From Deltaproteobacteria bacterium (GTDB lineage Bacteria > Myxococcota_A > Polyangia > Fen-1088), in assembly GCA_033763315.1 (NCBI GenBank), contig JANRKS010000007.1:122073-186072 (forward strand): a DNA stretch of 64,000 bases, read 5' to 3'. A program made the translations under genes and the position numbers. Of the stretch, positions 10,447 through 19,698 are shown piece by piece (the stretch's first letter is position 1; each line of letters begins with the position of its first letter). The notes beneath the pieces were generated by a model. That model worked only from the letters and a program-made list of their open reading frames with translations, ran no database searches and was not told the origin of the DNA.

Positions 10447-11237
10447 TGGCTCCGCTACGAATCGGACTTTCGGCAAATCTCATCCACGCCGATCCCCAGC
10501 GCCCTTTGTTCAAAGGCAAGACGCTGAAGTTCGTGGAACAGCAACTGTCGCATTGGATCATGACCGAGGGAGCGCTCGCGTACATGGTCCCGTTGCCTCC
10601 CAGCGACGGCCAACTGGCGCTTGAAGCTTACGTGCAGGACCTGGACGCGCTTGTGCTTCAAGGTGGCGCCGACGTCTCTCCGGCAAGTTACGGTGAATTG
10701 CCGATGCGCCCTGAGTGGTCAGGCGATCAAGTGCGCGATGAGTATGAGATGGCTTTGATTCGGATGTTTCTGCAAGTCGGCAAACCCGTGCTGGGTGTGT
10801 GCCGCGGTTTGCAAATCCTAAACGTGGCCATGGGCGGCTCGCTTTATCAGGACATCAACACGCAGCTTGAGGGTTCGCGGGTGCATCGCGACTGGGAGAT
10901 CTACGATCAGAACTTCCACAACATCCGCATCGTTCGCCCATCCCATCTGGCCAAGCTTTATCCAACGACGGCGATTGGCCGCGTATGTTCCGTACACCAC
11001 CAAGCCATCAAAGCTTTGGGCAAGGGGTTGGTGGTGGAAGCCAGCTCTGTGGAAGACAACGTTGTGGAAGCGGTGCGCCTGACAGGACCCACGTGGGTTT
11101 ACGGCGTGCAATGGCATCCCGAGTGGCACGACGTGAACGACACATCTTTGATGGACAGCCGACCGCTGCTGCGTGACTTCCTCGCGGCTGCGGCGCAACG
11201 AAAAGCCGCAAGAGCGGGGACGAAGGCTCACACATGA
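10446..11237 (+). CDS. gamma-glutamyl-amide hydrolase, class I glutamine amidotransferase-like (PuuD/peptidase C26 family)
   Basis: ATG 10446 overlaps ADH stop (ATGA); GVCRGLQILNVAMGG nucleophile Cys; VHHQ His motif; ORF-track 5' extension from 10269 not used. Confidence 0.75.
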   Translation: MAPLRIGLSANLIHADPQRPLFKGKTLKFVEQQLSHWIMTEGALAYMVPLPPSDGQLALEAYVQDLDALVLQGGADVSPASYGELPMRPEWSGDQVRDEYEMALIRMFLQVGKPVLGVCRGLQILNVAMGGSLYQDINTQLEGSRVHRDWEIYDQNFHNIRIVRPSHLAKLYPTTAIGRVCSVHHQAIKALGKGLVVEASSVEDNVVEAVRLTGPTWVYGVQWHPEWHDVNDTSLMDSRPLLRDFLAAAAQRKAARAGTKAHT

Positions 11238-12610
11238 CAACAGCCGCGCTGCAAGTGTGGAACCCATCCACGGGACAAGTTGTGCAGACGCTTGAGGCGG
11301 ACACGCCGGAATCCGTGCAGCACAAAGTGGCCGCCGTCAAAGCGGGCAGCGCTGCGTGGGCCTCCACGCCTGTGTTCGAGCGATGCGAAACCCTCGCGCG
11401 GTTTCGACACTTGGTGGTCCAAAACGCCGACGAGTTGGCACACACCACCACGCTTGAAACGGGCAAGCCCATCTCGCAGGCGCGCAACGAAGTGAAAGCG
11501 TTCGATGCGCGCTTGGCGTTCTTTCTGGAGCACGCGGCCGCGGAACTGCAAGCGCGCGAGGTTCATCAAGAAGCGGGGCTGCACGAACGAATCACGTGGG
11601 AGCCATTGGGGGTGGTGGCGAACATCTCGGCCTGGAATTACCCCTATTTTGTGGGTGGCAACGTTTTTGTCCCCGCCCTGCTTACAGGCAACGCCGTGGT
11701 GTACAAACCCTCGGAGTTTGCGGCCAACACCGGCCGAAAGCTTGTGGACCTTTTGTGGCAAGCCGGTGTGCCCAAGGACGCGTTGGCACTGGTTATCGGC
11801 GGTGGCGCCGCGGGATCGGCTCTGTTGGAGTCCCCGATCAATGCCGTGTTTTTTACGGGCTCCTACGCCACAGGCGTGCGGGTGGCGGCGCAGGCGGCGA
11901 CTCACCTTTTGAAGGTGCAATTGGAGCTGGGTGGCAAAGATCCGATCTATGTCATGGAGGACGCCAACGTGGCGAGCGCCGCCGAAGCCACGGCCGACGG
12001 CGCCTTTTACAACGCAGGCCAAAGCTGCTGCGCGGTTGAGCGCTTATATGTGCACGAACGCATCTATGACGCCTTTGTTGAGCACTTCGTGAAAACCGTG
12101 GATGGCTTCGTGGTGGGCGATCCCATGGATCCCAAGACGTACATCGGGCCGCTGACGCGTGCCGCGCAGCTTGACGTTCTCGAAGCGCAGGTGGCGGATG
12201 CGCTGGCGCATGGTGCACGCGTGCTGCGCGGGGGGCAGCGGCTGCAACGGCCGGGGTTCTATTTTGCGCCCACAGTGGTGGCGGACGCCAACCACCAGAT
12301 GCAGCTGATGCGCGAAGAGAGCTTCGGCCCTGTCATAGGCATTCAGAAAGTGAGCTCCGACGACGAAGCGGCCGCACTTATGAAAGACACGCCGTATGGC
12401 TTGACCGCCGGCGTTTACGGCCAAGACCAAGGTCGCGCGATGAAGCTGCTCGGGCAGATGAACACCGGCTCGGTTTACTTTAACTGCTGCGACCGCGTGA
12501 GCCCCCGGCTGCCTTGGTCAGGGCGGGGGCACTCAGGCCTTGGCACAACGTTATCCACGCTCGGCATCGCCGCATTCTTGCAGCCGAAAGCGTGGCACCT
12601 TCGCGGCTAG
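11234..12610 (+). CDS. NAD(P)-dependent aldehyde dehydrogenase
   Basis: ELGGKDP and FYNAGQSCCAVERLYV catalytic Glu/Cys motifs; start overlaps upstream stop (ATGA). Confidence 0.85.
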   Translation: MTTAALQVWNPSTGQVVQTLEADTPESVQHKVAAVKAGSAAWASTPVFERCETLARFRHLVVQNADELAHTTTLETGKPISQARNEVKAFDARLAFFLEHAAAELQAREVHQEAGLHERITWEPLGVVANISAWNYPYFVGGNVFVPALLTGNAVVYKPSEFAANTGRKLVDLLWQAGVPKDALALVIGGGAAGSALLESPINAVFFTGSYATGVRVAAQAATHLLKVQLELGGKDPIYVMEDANVASAAEATADGAFYNAGQSCCAVERLYVHERIYDAFVEHFVKTVDGFVVGDPMDPKTYIGPLTRAAQLDVLEAQVADALAHGARVLRGGQRLQRPGFYFAPTVVADANHQMQLMREESFGPVIGIQKVSSDDEAAALMKDTPYGLTAGVYGQDQGRAMKLLGQMNTGSVYFNCCDRVSPRLPWSGRGHSGLGTTLSTLGIAAFLQPKAWHLRG

Positions 12611-12867
12611 CTGCCTATCAACAAAAGCTTGGGCTCATTGCGAACGGCGCGGCGAACTTCGATCAACGTCTCGTCGATGGGTGCTGGGTCGGTGGTGGAG
12701 ATCATGGAACTCATAGCGTCCGGTAACTTATCGCGTCGCTCTAGGCGACTTCACGGTGACAGGAATTGAGCGTGCCAGTTGATGTGGACCGGGCCTTGAA
12801 GAATTCAGCGGTTCGAAGGAAACCATCCGTTGGATCGCGAAGGTTGCGAGTGATTTGTGAACGCACC

Positions 12868-13689
12868 TTAAAACAGCCCAAGCTGCTTCTCGAAGGGGAT
12901 GGGCAGGACGCCGATGATGACCCATGGGTTTACTGCCACTTGGTGCCACTGCTGGGTGGTTCCGAGAAAGAGATGCAAATCCTTCTTTAGGAACTCGTCC
13001 ATGTACTTCTGCCGGACCTTTGCTATCGCCTTCGACTCATCGCCATTTGCCAATTGCAGGCAGTTCCGGTAGAGCGCACCGATCTCCCAGTCGAGGATCT
13101 GCTGCTCGCTCTTCTTGCCGGCGGCGTCTTCAAACCTGTACGAAAATTTGTATGGCAGCTTCGGGATCACCCTAAAAGTTTCTCGCCAGGCGTTGTCCTC
13201 GAATAGCTCATGCTGTCGTGAGGCCTCGCGCATCTCCTTGACCTTGTTGATATCCCACTCTCGTTCGTCCTCTTCGACCACGAACTCCAAGATGCGGGAG
13301 GGCTTAAATACGGCGAGCGAGATTTGGTTCGCCTTCGCACCCGCGATCAGCTCCTCGAGGTTATCGTAGACGCGCGCCTTCTTCAGAAGGATCTCGCGAC
13401 GCTCGCGCCAATTGTCGCCCGTGCTCATCTTGCCGACGGGCACCAGCTCGCGCTGATCCATGGGGCGAAAAGTCTCCGGGCGGATGTCCACCGTGTTGCG
13501 TTGGAGCCGGCACTCGACCCAGTCGTACTTACTGTACTGCTGCGTCTCATCGAGCCGTCGGAACGGGACCGGATAGATGCGCACCCAGCTCCCGTCCTCG
13601 CGGACACCGGCGGTACACACCGTCTCGCCATACTTCCGAGACAGCGTGGGGTACGTCTTGACGGTGATGAGAACTCGCTGCCTCTCCAT
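12868..13689 (-). CDS. hypothetical protein (274 aa) encoded directly downstream of the Panacea-like/DUF488 gene; no recognised domain
   Basis: ORF 12868..13782; ATG at 13689 (MERQRVLITVK...) chosen, 20 nt after upstream stop and 4 nt after a G9 tract; lower GC than flanking operons. Confidence 0.5.
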   Translation of the reverse strand: MERQRVLITVKTYPTLSRKYGETVCTAGVREDGSWVRIYPVPFRRLDETQQYSKYDWVECRLQRNTVDIRPETFRPMDQRELVPVGKMSTGDNWRERREILLKKARVYDNLEELIAGAKANQISLAVFKPSRILEFVVEEDEREWDINKVKEMREASRQHELFEDNAWRETFRVIPKLPYKFSYRFEDAAGKKSEQQILDWEIGALYRNCLQLANGDESKAIAKVRQKYMDEFLKKDLHLFLGTTQQWHQVAVNPWVIIGVLPIPFEKQLGLF

Positions 13690-13709
13690 CGTGCCCCCCC
13701 CCAACATTC

Positions 13710-14642
13710 TCAAAAGTGCTTGGCAGTGAGGTCCTCGCTGGCCTTGCCCGCGAGAGCTTCGGCGACACAATGGCGATGGCACTGGTTCGGCTGGTGCTCG
13801 TAGCAGGTCAGAGTTACGCGCTCGCCTGCATCAATCCAGTCCTCGATCTTCTTCAGCGCAGCCGCCTGCTTCGGAAGCCAGGTGCTCTCGTAGTGGGCAA
13901 AGAGCGCGTCGTAGTCGGCCTGCGTGTCGAGTGATTGCCGCTGCTCAGACGCGATACCGAGCTCGGGCAGGTGCTCATAGCGAATGCCGACGCCCTCGCA
14001 CCCGCGCGCGAGCGTGTTCTTCGAGAAGCCGTACTTCCGGCTTATGGGGTTTCGGCGTACGTCGCAGAGGAGCGTGACGCCGTGCTTGAGTAAGATGTTT
14101 AGGTAGCTTTCAAGCGTGTGGCCCTCGTAGCCGATGGTGCTCAGCGCAGGGCCAGTCGCTTTGGCGCGGACCGCGTTAATGCGGGCAAGCGTGGCGGCGT
14201 CACCTTTGAGGACACGCTCGGCGATCTCGCTGCGTGTCGCGAAAAACGGGAAGCGCCGATACGTATCGGCGACCAGTGCATCCCCGTGCAGACCGCGATG
14301 CCGCTTCGCAAATGCCGCGAGCTGCATGTCCGTCGTGCGGGCGATGATTTTCCGCCCCTCGGCAGTGATCTGCCAGCCGTCCAAATCCTCCAGCAGCCCG
14401 CGCTCGATTAGCTTGCGACGATCTGCGTAGGACGTGAACGAGAACGCGCCGAACTTATACGGGACGAAATCGTAGGGCGCCTCTGCCGTAGGCGCCTCCT
14501 GACAGTAGAGGAATAGCAGCTTTTGGAAGTCGAGCATGCCTGACGTGCCGCCCAGCGCATCCAGAAGCTGCAATAGCTGGCGCTGCCGCGAGAACAGCAT
14601 CGGCGACGTCGAACGGGTGGATGTGTGGGAGGTGCAATTCAT
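13710..14642 (-). CDS. fusion protein: N-terminal Panacea/SocA-like (DUF4065-like) domain + C-terminal DUF488 (YeaO-like) domain
   Basis: N-terminal FQKLLFLYCQ...YDFVPYKFGAFSF resembles the DUF4065 core (LQKLLYF...Y.YGP); C-terminal TIGYEGHTLESYLNILLKHGVTLLCDVRRNPISRKYGFSKNTLARGCEGVGIRYEHLPELG matches the DUF488 signature; alternative start near 14600. Confidence 0.55.
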   Translation of the reverse strand: MNCTSHTSTRSTSPMLFSRQRQLLQLLDALGGTSGMLDFQKLLFLYCQEAPTAEAPYDFVPYKFGAFSFTSYADRRKLIERGLLEDLDGWQITAEGRKIIARTTDMQLAAFAKRHRGLHGDALVADTYRRFPFFATRSEIAERVLKGDAATLARINAVRAKATGPALSTIGYEGHTLESYLNILLKHGVTLLCDVRRNPISRKYGFSKNTLARGCEGVGIRYEHLPELGIASEQRQSLDTQADYDALFAHYESTWLPKQAAALKKIEDWIDAGERVTLTCYEHQPNQCHRHCVAEALAGKASEDLTAKHF

Positions 14643-15236
14643 CCGGTTTGCTCTGGGCTTTGTCGCGGCACAGCCACGATTGGCTGCGGGAAAACTAATA
14701 AGGTTTGGTTAGTTAGACAAGTTTTCTCTGCCGGTGGCTTGCAATCTGCATTGTTTCGTAAGGGGACGCGAGGACAGCGGGTTCCGAGCGTGCCGCCGCC
14801 AAGACGTGCGGCCCTGACAGTAAGCCCGAGTGCGGGCGGCCTCACGGTCATTCAGTAGGTGACCATCATCGTTGACGACGAGACCTTGGGCGAAGACGCC
14901 CCGTTGCTCGCGCAGCCGCTTGCTGCCGCCACCGCTGGCCTGACCCAAGCCGGGCCTGCACAACGGCGCGCGCCCCTGCCCTTGGCCTTATCTGCCAACG
15001 ACTTGCCCAAAGCGATGGGTCACCTGTGCGCCAAGCATTTGAGCTTTAACCGCACGCAGCCACCCGTATGGCGGCTCGATTGGTGTAACTAACTTCCCCC
15101 GAAACGGTTCCCCCGATGGCCCTTGTCCGCCCCACGAAAATCACCCTCAGCTCCCTCTTTGACCGACCAATCCGCCCAGCTTCTCACGCGCCTTGCCGCC
15201 TCTCCCTTTGCTCCGCCCCGCCAAAACACCTTTGAT

Positions 15237-17159
15237 TTACCTATCGGCGTGCACCGGCAACTTCACCGACGGCGGAATCTGTAGAGTCTTGACGCCGCGG
15301 CCCCAGCAAATTGTCTCGCCCGAAGGCCGTTTTCCACACTCACTATCGGCGCCCATCCAAAAGGCTGTAAAGAGCCCTTTTTCCGGGTACGGCTGAGTTC
15401 CGTCATACTCGAAAAGATACGAGCGCGTGACGGCCCAGCCTCTTTCGTCCGCCTTTGTGAGAGCCCCACCGAAGTAGCGCCCATCGCTAGCGAAGTTGAC
15501 CAGCTCTTGGCCTGGCTCGCTTTCCTCCTTATCTCCCTTTCGGTTCATACAAATCATTCGCTTGTTGGCCGTCAAGCCGCACACGAAGTCAGCGCCACAA
15601 AGAATGTCGACGAAAGTGCCGGGAGGAACCTTGGGGGTGTCGCCCCAACAAACGATGTGACCGTCTTCCGCCAAAGCGCAGGCATGGACGTGTCGTTGGC
15701 TGTTGGCCAGCAATTCGTCTGTTTGTGAAATCCAACGACCGCCACCGCAAAGCTTCGTGTATCTTGCCGCAGGCACCTGTTCTTTGGCCCAATCGTGGCC
15801 TCGAACTTCAATGTGGCCATCAGGCATCAGCGACAGCGTCGCCAAGGGAGCTGGGTAGGCGGCCTTGGCGCCGGCCACAACAGACGCTTGCGTCCAACCA
15901 TCAACGGTAAAGCATTCAGGTTTTCCATCAACGGTGTCTCCGCACACGCCTTGTTCATGCACGTAGAGGTTGGAGAATCGCAAATCAGGAACGCGAAAAG
16001 GTGGAAAGGGTCTTTCTTGTCCACCACGCATGCAAGTGGCTCGGCCGTCCTTGAGCACCACGCACAGATTCGTCGCACTGCCCGCCATAGTCGCTACGTC
16101 GGGGTAGAATCCCGGCCCATCGCCCTGTACCGTGTGCACCCAGCACACAAGTGGGAAAGGTGCCTTTGAGGCGCTCGCTTCAACACCACAGCGAAGCGAG
16201 CTTTCGGCATGGCGATTTTCCGTGGGCGGGGTAGCTTGACCACGATCGTTGTAGCCCCAGCAGGCAACACGATCATCAGCTGCGATCGCACAAGTGTGTA
16301 AGGCTCCTGCCTGCACGTTCTTCCACTTGCCAGGAACCGCGACCGATTGGCCACACTCCCACTCAAGCTCTTTGCAAGGCGCCGTCGTTTTGCCGGCGCC
16401 CCAGCACGTCAGTTCGCCATCCATCGTGACGCCACAGGAATGATACCGGCCCGCTGTCACTTGTTTGAATTTGCCACGTGGCGGTTTACTTTGACCATGG
16501 CTGTTGGATCCGCCGCAGTGAACGGTTGAAGAAGCATCGAGAGCGCAAACGTGGTGACCGCCAACCGCTACCTGTGTGAACTTGCCTTCGAGTGCCTGGA
16601 CCCGCTCACAATACATCGTGCCGTCGGAGCGGATTGCACACGCGCCGAACTCGCCGCCTGCGATTGATATGAAGGGGCCTTTGATGGACTCGTCCTCTCC
16701 GACTGAACTGCTGATGTTTCCGTCGTCCTCAAGTATCCAGTCGTTCCTATTGTGATTTCCAGCAGGGACCTCTACCCAGTCCTTTACGGCGCGTGTTTTG
16801 ATACGACCGAAGACTATGGAACCTGCGTGATCTGGTTCCGAGAGAAAGGAACTGCGTTGCTCGGTTATCAGCACCGGGCCTTCGTCGATGCATGACAATT
16901 TTTTTAGCATGATGACTGGTGCCTCGACGAAATCAGGCATACCCCAAACCACCGCGCTTCCGTCCTTGCGCAAGCCGCAGCTGACGTGTTGGCCAGCCGA
17001 CAGCTGAGTCAATTGAATGCCAAAAGTCACACCAGTCACTCCGGTGCCCGCAGGCACTGACGTGGAGGCTTGCCCTGTTCCTTGACGAAGGTTGGGTTGC
17101 AGCGGCTTATTTCTGCAACCCGTGACAAGGCAGATTACAACCAGCAAAAAAACTCTCAA
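15237..17159 (-). CDS. lipoprotein with RCC1-like beta-propeller repeats
   Basis: lipobox LVTGC; repeated H.CA...DG...CWG.N..GQ units (e.g. YHSCGVTMDGELTCWGAGKT, HTCAIAADDRVACWGYNDRGQA). Confidence 0.7.
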   Translation of the reverse strand: MRVFLLVVICLVTGCRNKPLQPNLRQGTGQASTSVPAGTGVTGVTFGIQLTQLSAGQHVSCGLRKDGSAVVWGMPDFVEAPVIMLKKLSCIDEGPVLITEQRSSFLSEPDHAGSIVFGRIKTRAVKDWVEVPAGNHNRNDWILEDDGNISSSVGEDESIKGPFISIAGGEFGACAIRSDGTMYCERVQALEGKFTQVAVGGHHVCALDASSTVHCGGSNSHGQSKPPRGKFKQVTAGRYHSCGVTMDGELTCWGAGKTTAPCKELEWECGQSVAVPGKWKNVQAGALHTCAIAADDRVACWGYNDRGQATPPTENRHAESSLRCGVEASASKAPFPLVCWVHTVQGDGPGFYPDVATMAGSATNLCVVLKDGRATCMRGGQERPFPPFRVPDLRFSNLYVHEQGVCGDTVDGKPECFTVDGWTQASVVAGAKAAYPAPLATLSLMPDGHIEVRGHDWAKEQVPAARYTKLCGGGRWISQTDELLANSQRHVHACALAEDGHIVCWGDTPKVPPGTFVDILCGADFVCGLTANKRMICMNRKGDKEESEPGQELVNFASDGRYFGGALTKADERGWAVTRSYLFEYDGTQPYPEKGLFTAFWMGADSECGKRPSGETICWGRGVKTLQIPPSVKLPVHADR

Positions 17160-17178
17160 TGGATTTTAAACCTCATGC

Positions 17179-19698
17179 TCAAACGCTCAGGAATTTTTCG
17201 TTGAATGATCGTTTCACGATTACTTTTCCATCACCGTAGACGTCCAAGTTGAGAGTTGAACTGATCGTGGCCCACGACCCGGCAGGGGCGCGGTGGGGCC
17301 CCTCTAACTTCACGTATTCACCCTTCGCAAGGCGAACGGACCCATCCGGAGGAAGCTTGAGCCAGCTGGCACCCGTGCTACTGGATATCGAGAAACTCCC
17401 CGTCCACATCATTGCGGTTGGAGGCATACGAGCGCCTTTGTACTCGATGCCGACGTAAACGTCTTTTTCGCTTCCGTCCCCCGCGAAGGCCACCTTGGCC
17501 ACGAACGTACCAAACAAAATCTCATGCAATGCTTGCTCCTGCGCAGAAGCATCTGCCCTCAGCAACATTAACGGTTTACCGCCGGACCAATCGGGCACTT
17601 CGTCATCGTTGCCATCGCCCCATGGGGTGTGCCTGAGGAATACCTTTACATCATCGTAGTGGGCCGCGACCCGAGTCCCGACCTCCTTAACGGCCAAGCT
17701 TGCCAACACGAAGAGGATGCCGACGCCAGTGCCGCTTAAGACGGCACCCCCTGCAATGCCGAGCATCGCTCCTGCAGCACCAACTGCAGACGCGGCGACA
17801 GCGCCGTTGTTGCGTTTCGCAAAGCCGTCCTTGATGTTGAGCACGCAATCGACACTATCGAGCAACAACGCCACGGGAGTGAGCTTCGCTCCCTTAAAGA
17901 TCCCCCGGCTCCAAGTGATTTCCGGAAGACGGTACTTCCCGACCATGGAGGACAGACTTCCGTAGAAGCCAACGGCTCCGTAGAGGGCCGTCCACGCTTC
18001 GCGACCTTCCCGTTTTTCCCAAAATGTGTCGACGTTTACGATCAGGTTCGCGAGCTGGCCCGCAAGGCTCAACGTATCGAGGTTCGCGTCACGCAGTTTT
18101 GCCAGCGGTGACTTGGGATCGGAACTTGCAGTCGTGATTCTGCTTTTGAACGCCGTCCAGCGACGTTGGTCTTTCGCCCGGACCACTGGAAGTGCAATCT
18201 GCATCCAGGCCCCCCACACCTTCTTCGCCTTACCGGCCGGCGTGGTTATCGCATCGAGGCGGGCCTTTAGTAAGTCGGCGAGTCCTTCGTCCTTGTGTGG
18301 CGTCAAGCGCGGCAACAGGCGCAGCAGATAATCGTCAGTACCCCCTATCCCCCGAGTGTCTAAAAGGCAAGCCATGGCCACGGCCTCAAGGTGATCTATG
18401 CGTTCTTCATCACCAAGATGGTCGTCGAAAAGTCCCGCGAAAGCGTTGCCGAACCCTCCCATGGGCGGCCCGGGGGGCAAAGAGATTTTTGACGCGGGCG
18501 AAGACGCGAGCTCCTTCATGGTGCAGTCAGATACGATATACGTGTCAGCTTGCGGCCAGGCTGCTTCCACAAAAAGGTTGTTGCCAAGCGACGGCAACGA
18601 GAACGGCAACTTGCACTGCCGTTGTGGCACGCCGATCCAACGAACAACGGCCGTACCCGCGAACTCTAAAGCCGCGCGCAGTCTTCGCGACTTGGCCTCC
18701 TTGGACAGAAAATAATATGAGAGCCCGTTGCCATCAATCGGGCGCGCGTCGGTCGAGGTGCGGGCGATCTGGCCGAGCGAAACAAGTTCCTCGAGGTCTT
18801 GATCGCCTTGCACCAGAGCGCGCACATGGCAGGCCACTCGATATTGGGCGTCGGTCGCCAGGCGACTTGTCTCGGCAAGCCAATCTTGATTAAGGCGCTG
18901 AAAAATCTGCGCGCGCAGTATCGCTTCGTCCAGCGGATCAAATAGATGCACTCTGAAAATCTGCGAAATTCCCGCAGGTGAATTTATATCCAGCGGCACG
19001 AAACGTTTTTCAGACTTCGGGGAGGCTGTGTCGGTTGTGAAGGGGTCCCACAGGGGCACGAGCCGATTTGTGACAGCCGCGATTGCCTTCTTGGCGTCAC
19101 TGCCGAATCCTTCCCTGAGATCTTGCCGCACTTTCTGGGGCAGCGGAAACGGCGCCAACATGAAGAAGTAGCAGTCGTGCATTGCACATTGATTTTGTGT
19201 GCACGACAATGCGCTCAAAGCCAACCTCGTCTCTTTGGGCCCCGTTGGCACTCCCTGGGCATCGCAGTGCTGAAATGACCCGTTCTCGAAATGCAGTTCA
19301 TGCTCCAGCACCAAACCTTCGCGCAGGTTGTTCTTGGCCTTGAACACGTAAACGCGCTTGTTGTTGATCGGTTGGCTCGCCTCACGATCAAACGTGCGCA
19401 TGAAAACGCGAACTTGATTTTCGGCATGCCACTCGCATTCCATTCCGCGGTAAACCCCACCCATCAAACGCATGTTTGGCGAGAGCCGCTGGCCATGGTC
19501 GTCGGTGCCCTCTTGTACTCCAAAGAAACGATAGATGGTGGCAACTCGTGGACCGTCGTCGCCCCTGACCAGGTATTGCCGGCTCCACGGGTTCCATTGC
19601 AGATCATACAAACGATCTATCTGCCGAAATGTGACCACCACGTTCACGATCGCTGACTGAATGCCTCGCTTATCCGCGGGTTGTTGAGCGTCAGTCAT
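17179..19698 (-). CDS. large hypothetical protein (~840 aa) with glycine-zipper transmembrane segment near the C-terminal third
   Basis: ORF 17179..19725; ATG at 19698 overlaps upstream stop (ATGA); AVAASAVGAAGAMLGIAGGAVLSGTGVGILFVLASLAV GxxxG-rich hydrophobic stretch; no catalytic motif recognised. Confidence 0.5.
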   Translation of the reverse strand: MTDAQQPADKRGIQSAIVNVVVTFRQIDRLYDLQWNPWSRQYLVRGDDGPRVATIYRFFGVQEGTDDHGQRLSPNMRLMGGVYRGMECEWHAENQVRVFMRTFDREASQPINNKRVYVFKAKNNLREGLVLEHELHFENGSFQHCDAQGVPTGPKETRLALSALSCTQNQCAMHDCYFFMLAPFPLPQKVRQDLREGFGSDAKKAIAAVTNRLVPLWDPFTTDTASPKSEKRFVPLDINSPAGISQIFRVHLFDPLDEAILRAQIFQRLNQDWLAETSRLATDAQYRVACHVRALVQGDQDLEELVSLGQIARTSTDARPIDGNGLSYYFLSKEAKSRRLRAALEFAGTAVVRWIGVPQRQCKLPFSLPSLGNNLFVEAAWPQADTYIVSDCTMKELASSPASKISLPPGPPMGGFGNAFAGLFDDHLGDEERIDHLEAVAMACLLDTRGIGGTDDYLLRLLPRLTPHKDEGLADLLKARLDAITTPAGKAKKVWGAWMQIALPVVRAKDQRRWTAFKSRITTASSDPKSPLAKLRDANLDTLSLAGQLANLIVNVDTFWEKREGREAWTALYGAVGFYGSLSSMVGKYRLPEITWSRGIFKGAKLTPVALLLDSVDCVLNIKDGFAKRNNGAVAASAVGAAGAMLGIAGGAVLSGTGVGILFVLASLAVKEVGTRVAAHYDDVKVFLRHTPWGDGNDDEVPDWSGGKPLMLLRADASAQEQALHEILFGTFVAKVAFAGDGSEKDVYVGIEYKGARMPPTAMMWTGSFSISSSTGASWLKLPPDGSVRLAKGEYVKLEGPHRAPAGSWATISSTLNLDVYGDGKVIVKRSFNEKFLSV

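Noticed and set aside
12611-12867. GGTTCGAAGGAAACC motif resembling a tRNA T-arm
   Set aside because: Flanking bases do not form a 5-bp T-stem or acceptor stem
14643-15236. possible tRNA/att site in the 600-bp non-coding stretch upstream of the DUF488 gene
   Set aside because: No cloverleaf-compatible segment (no GTTCGAATCC-type T-arm, no CCA-proximal acceptor pairing) found by eye; needs tRNAscan to exclude
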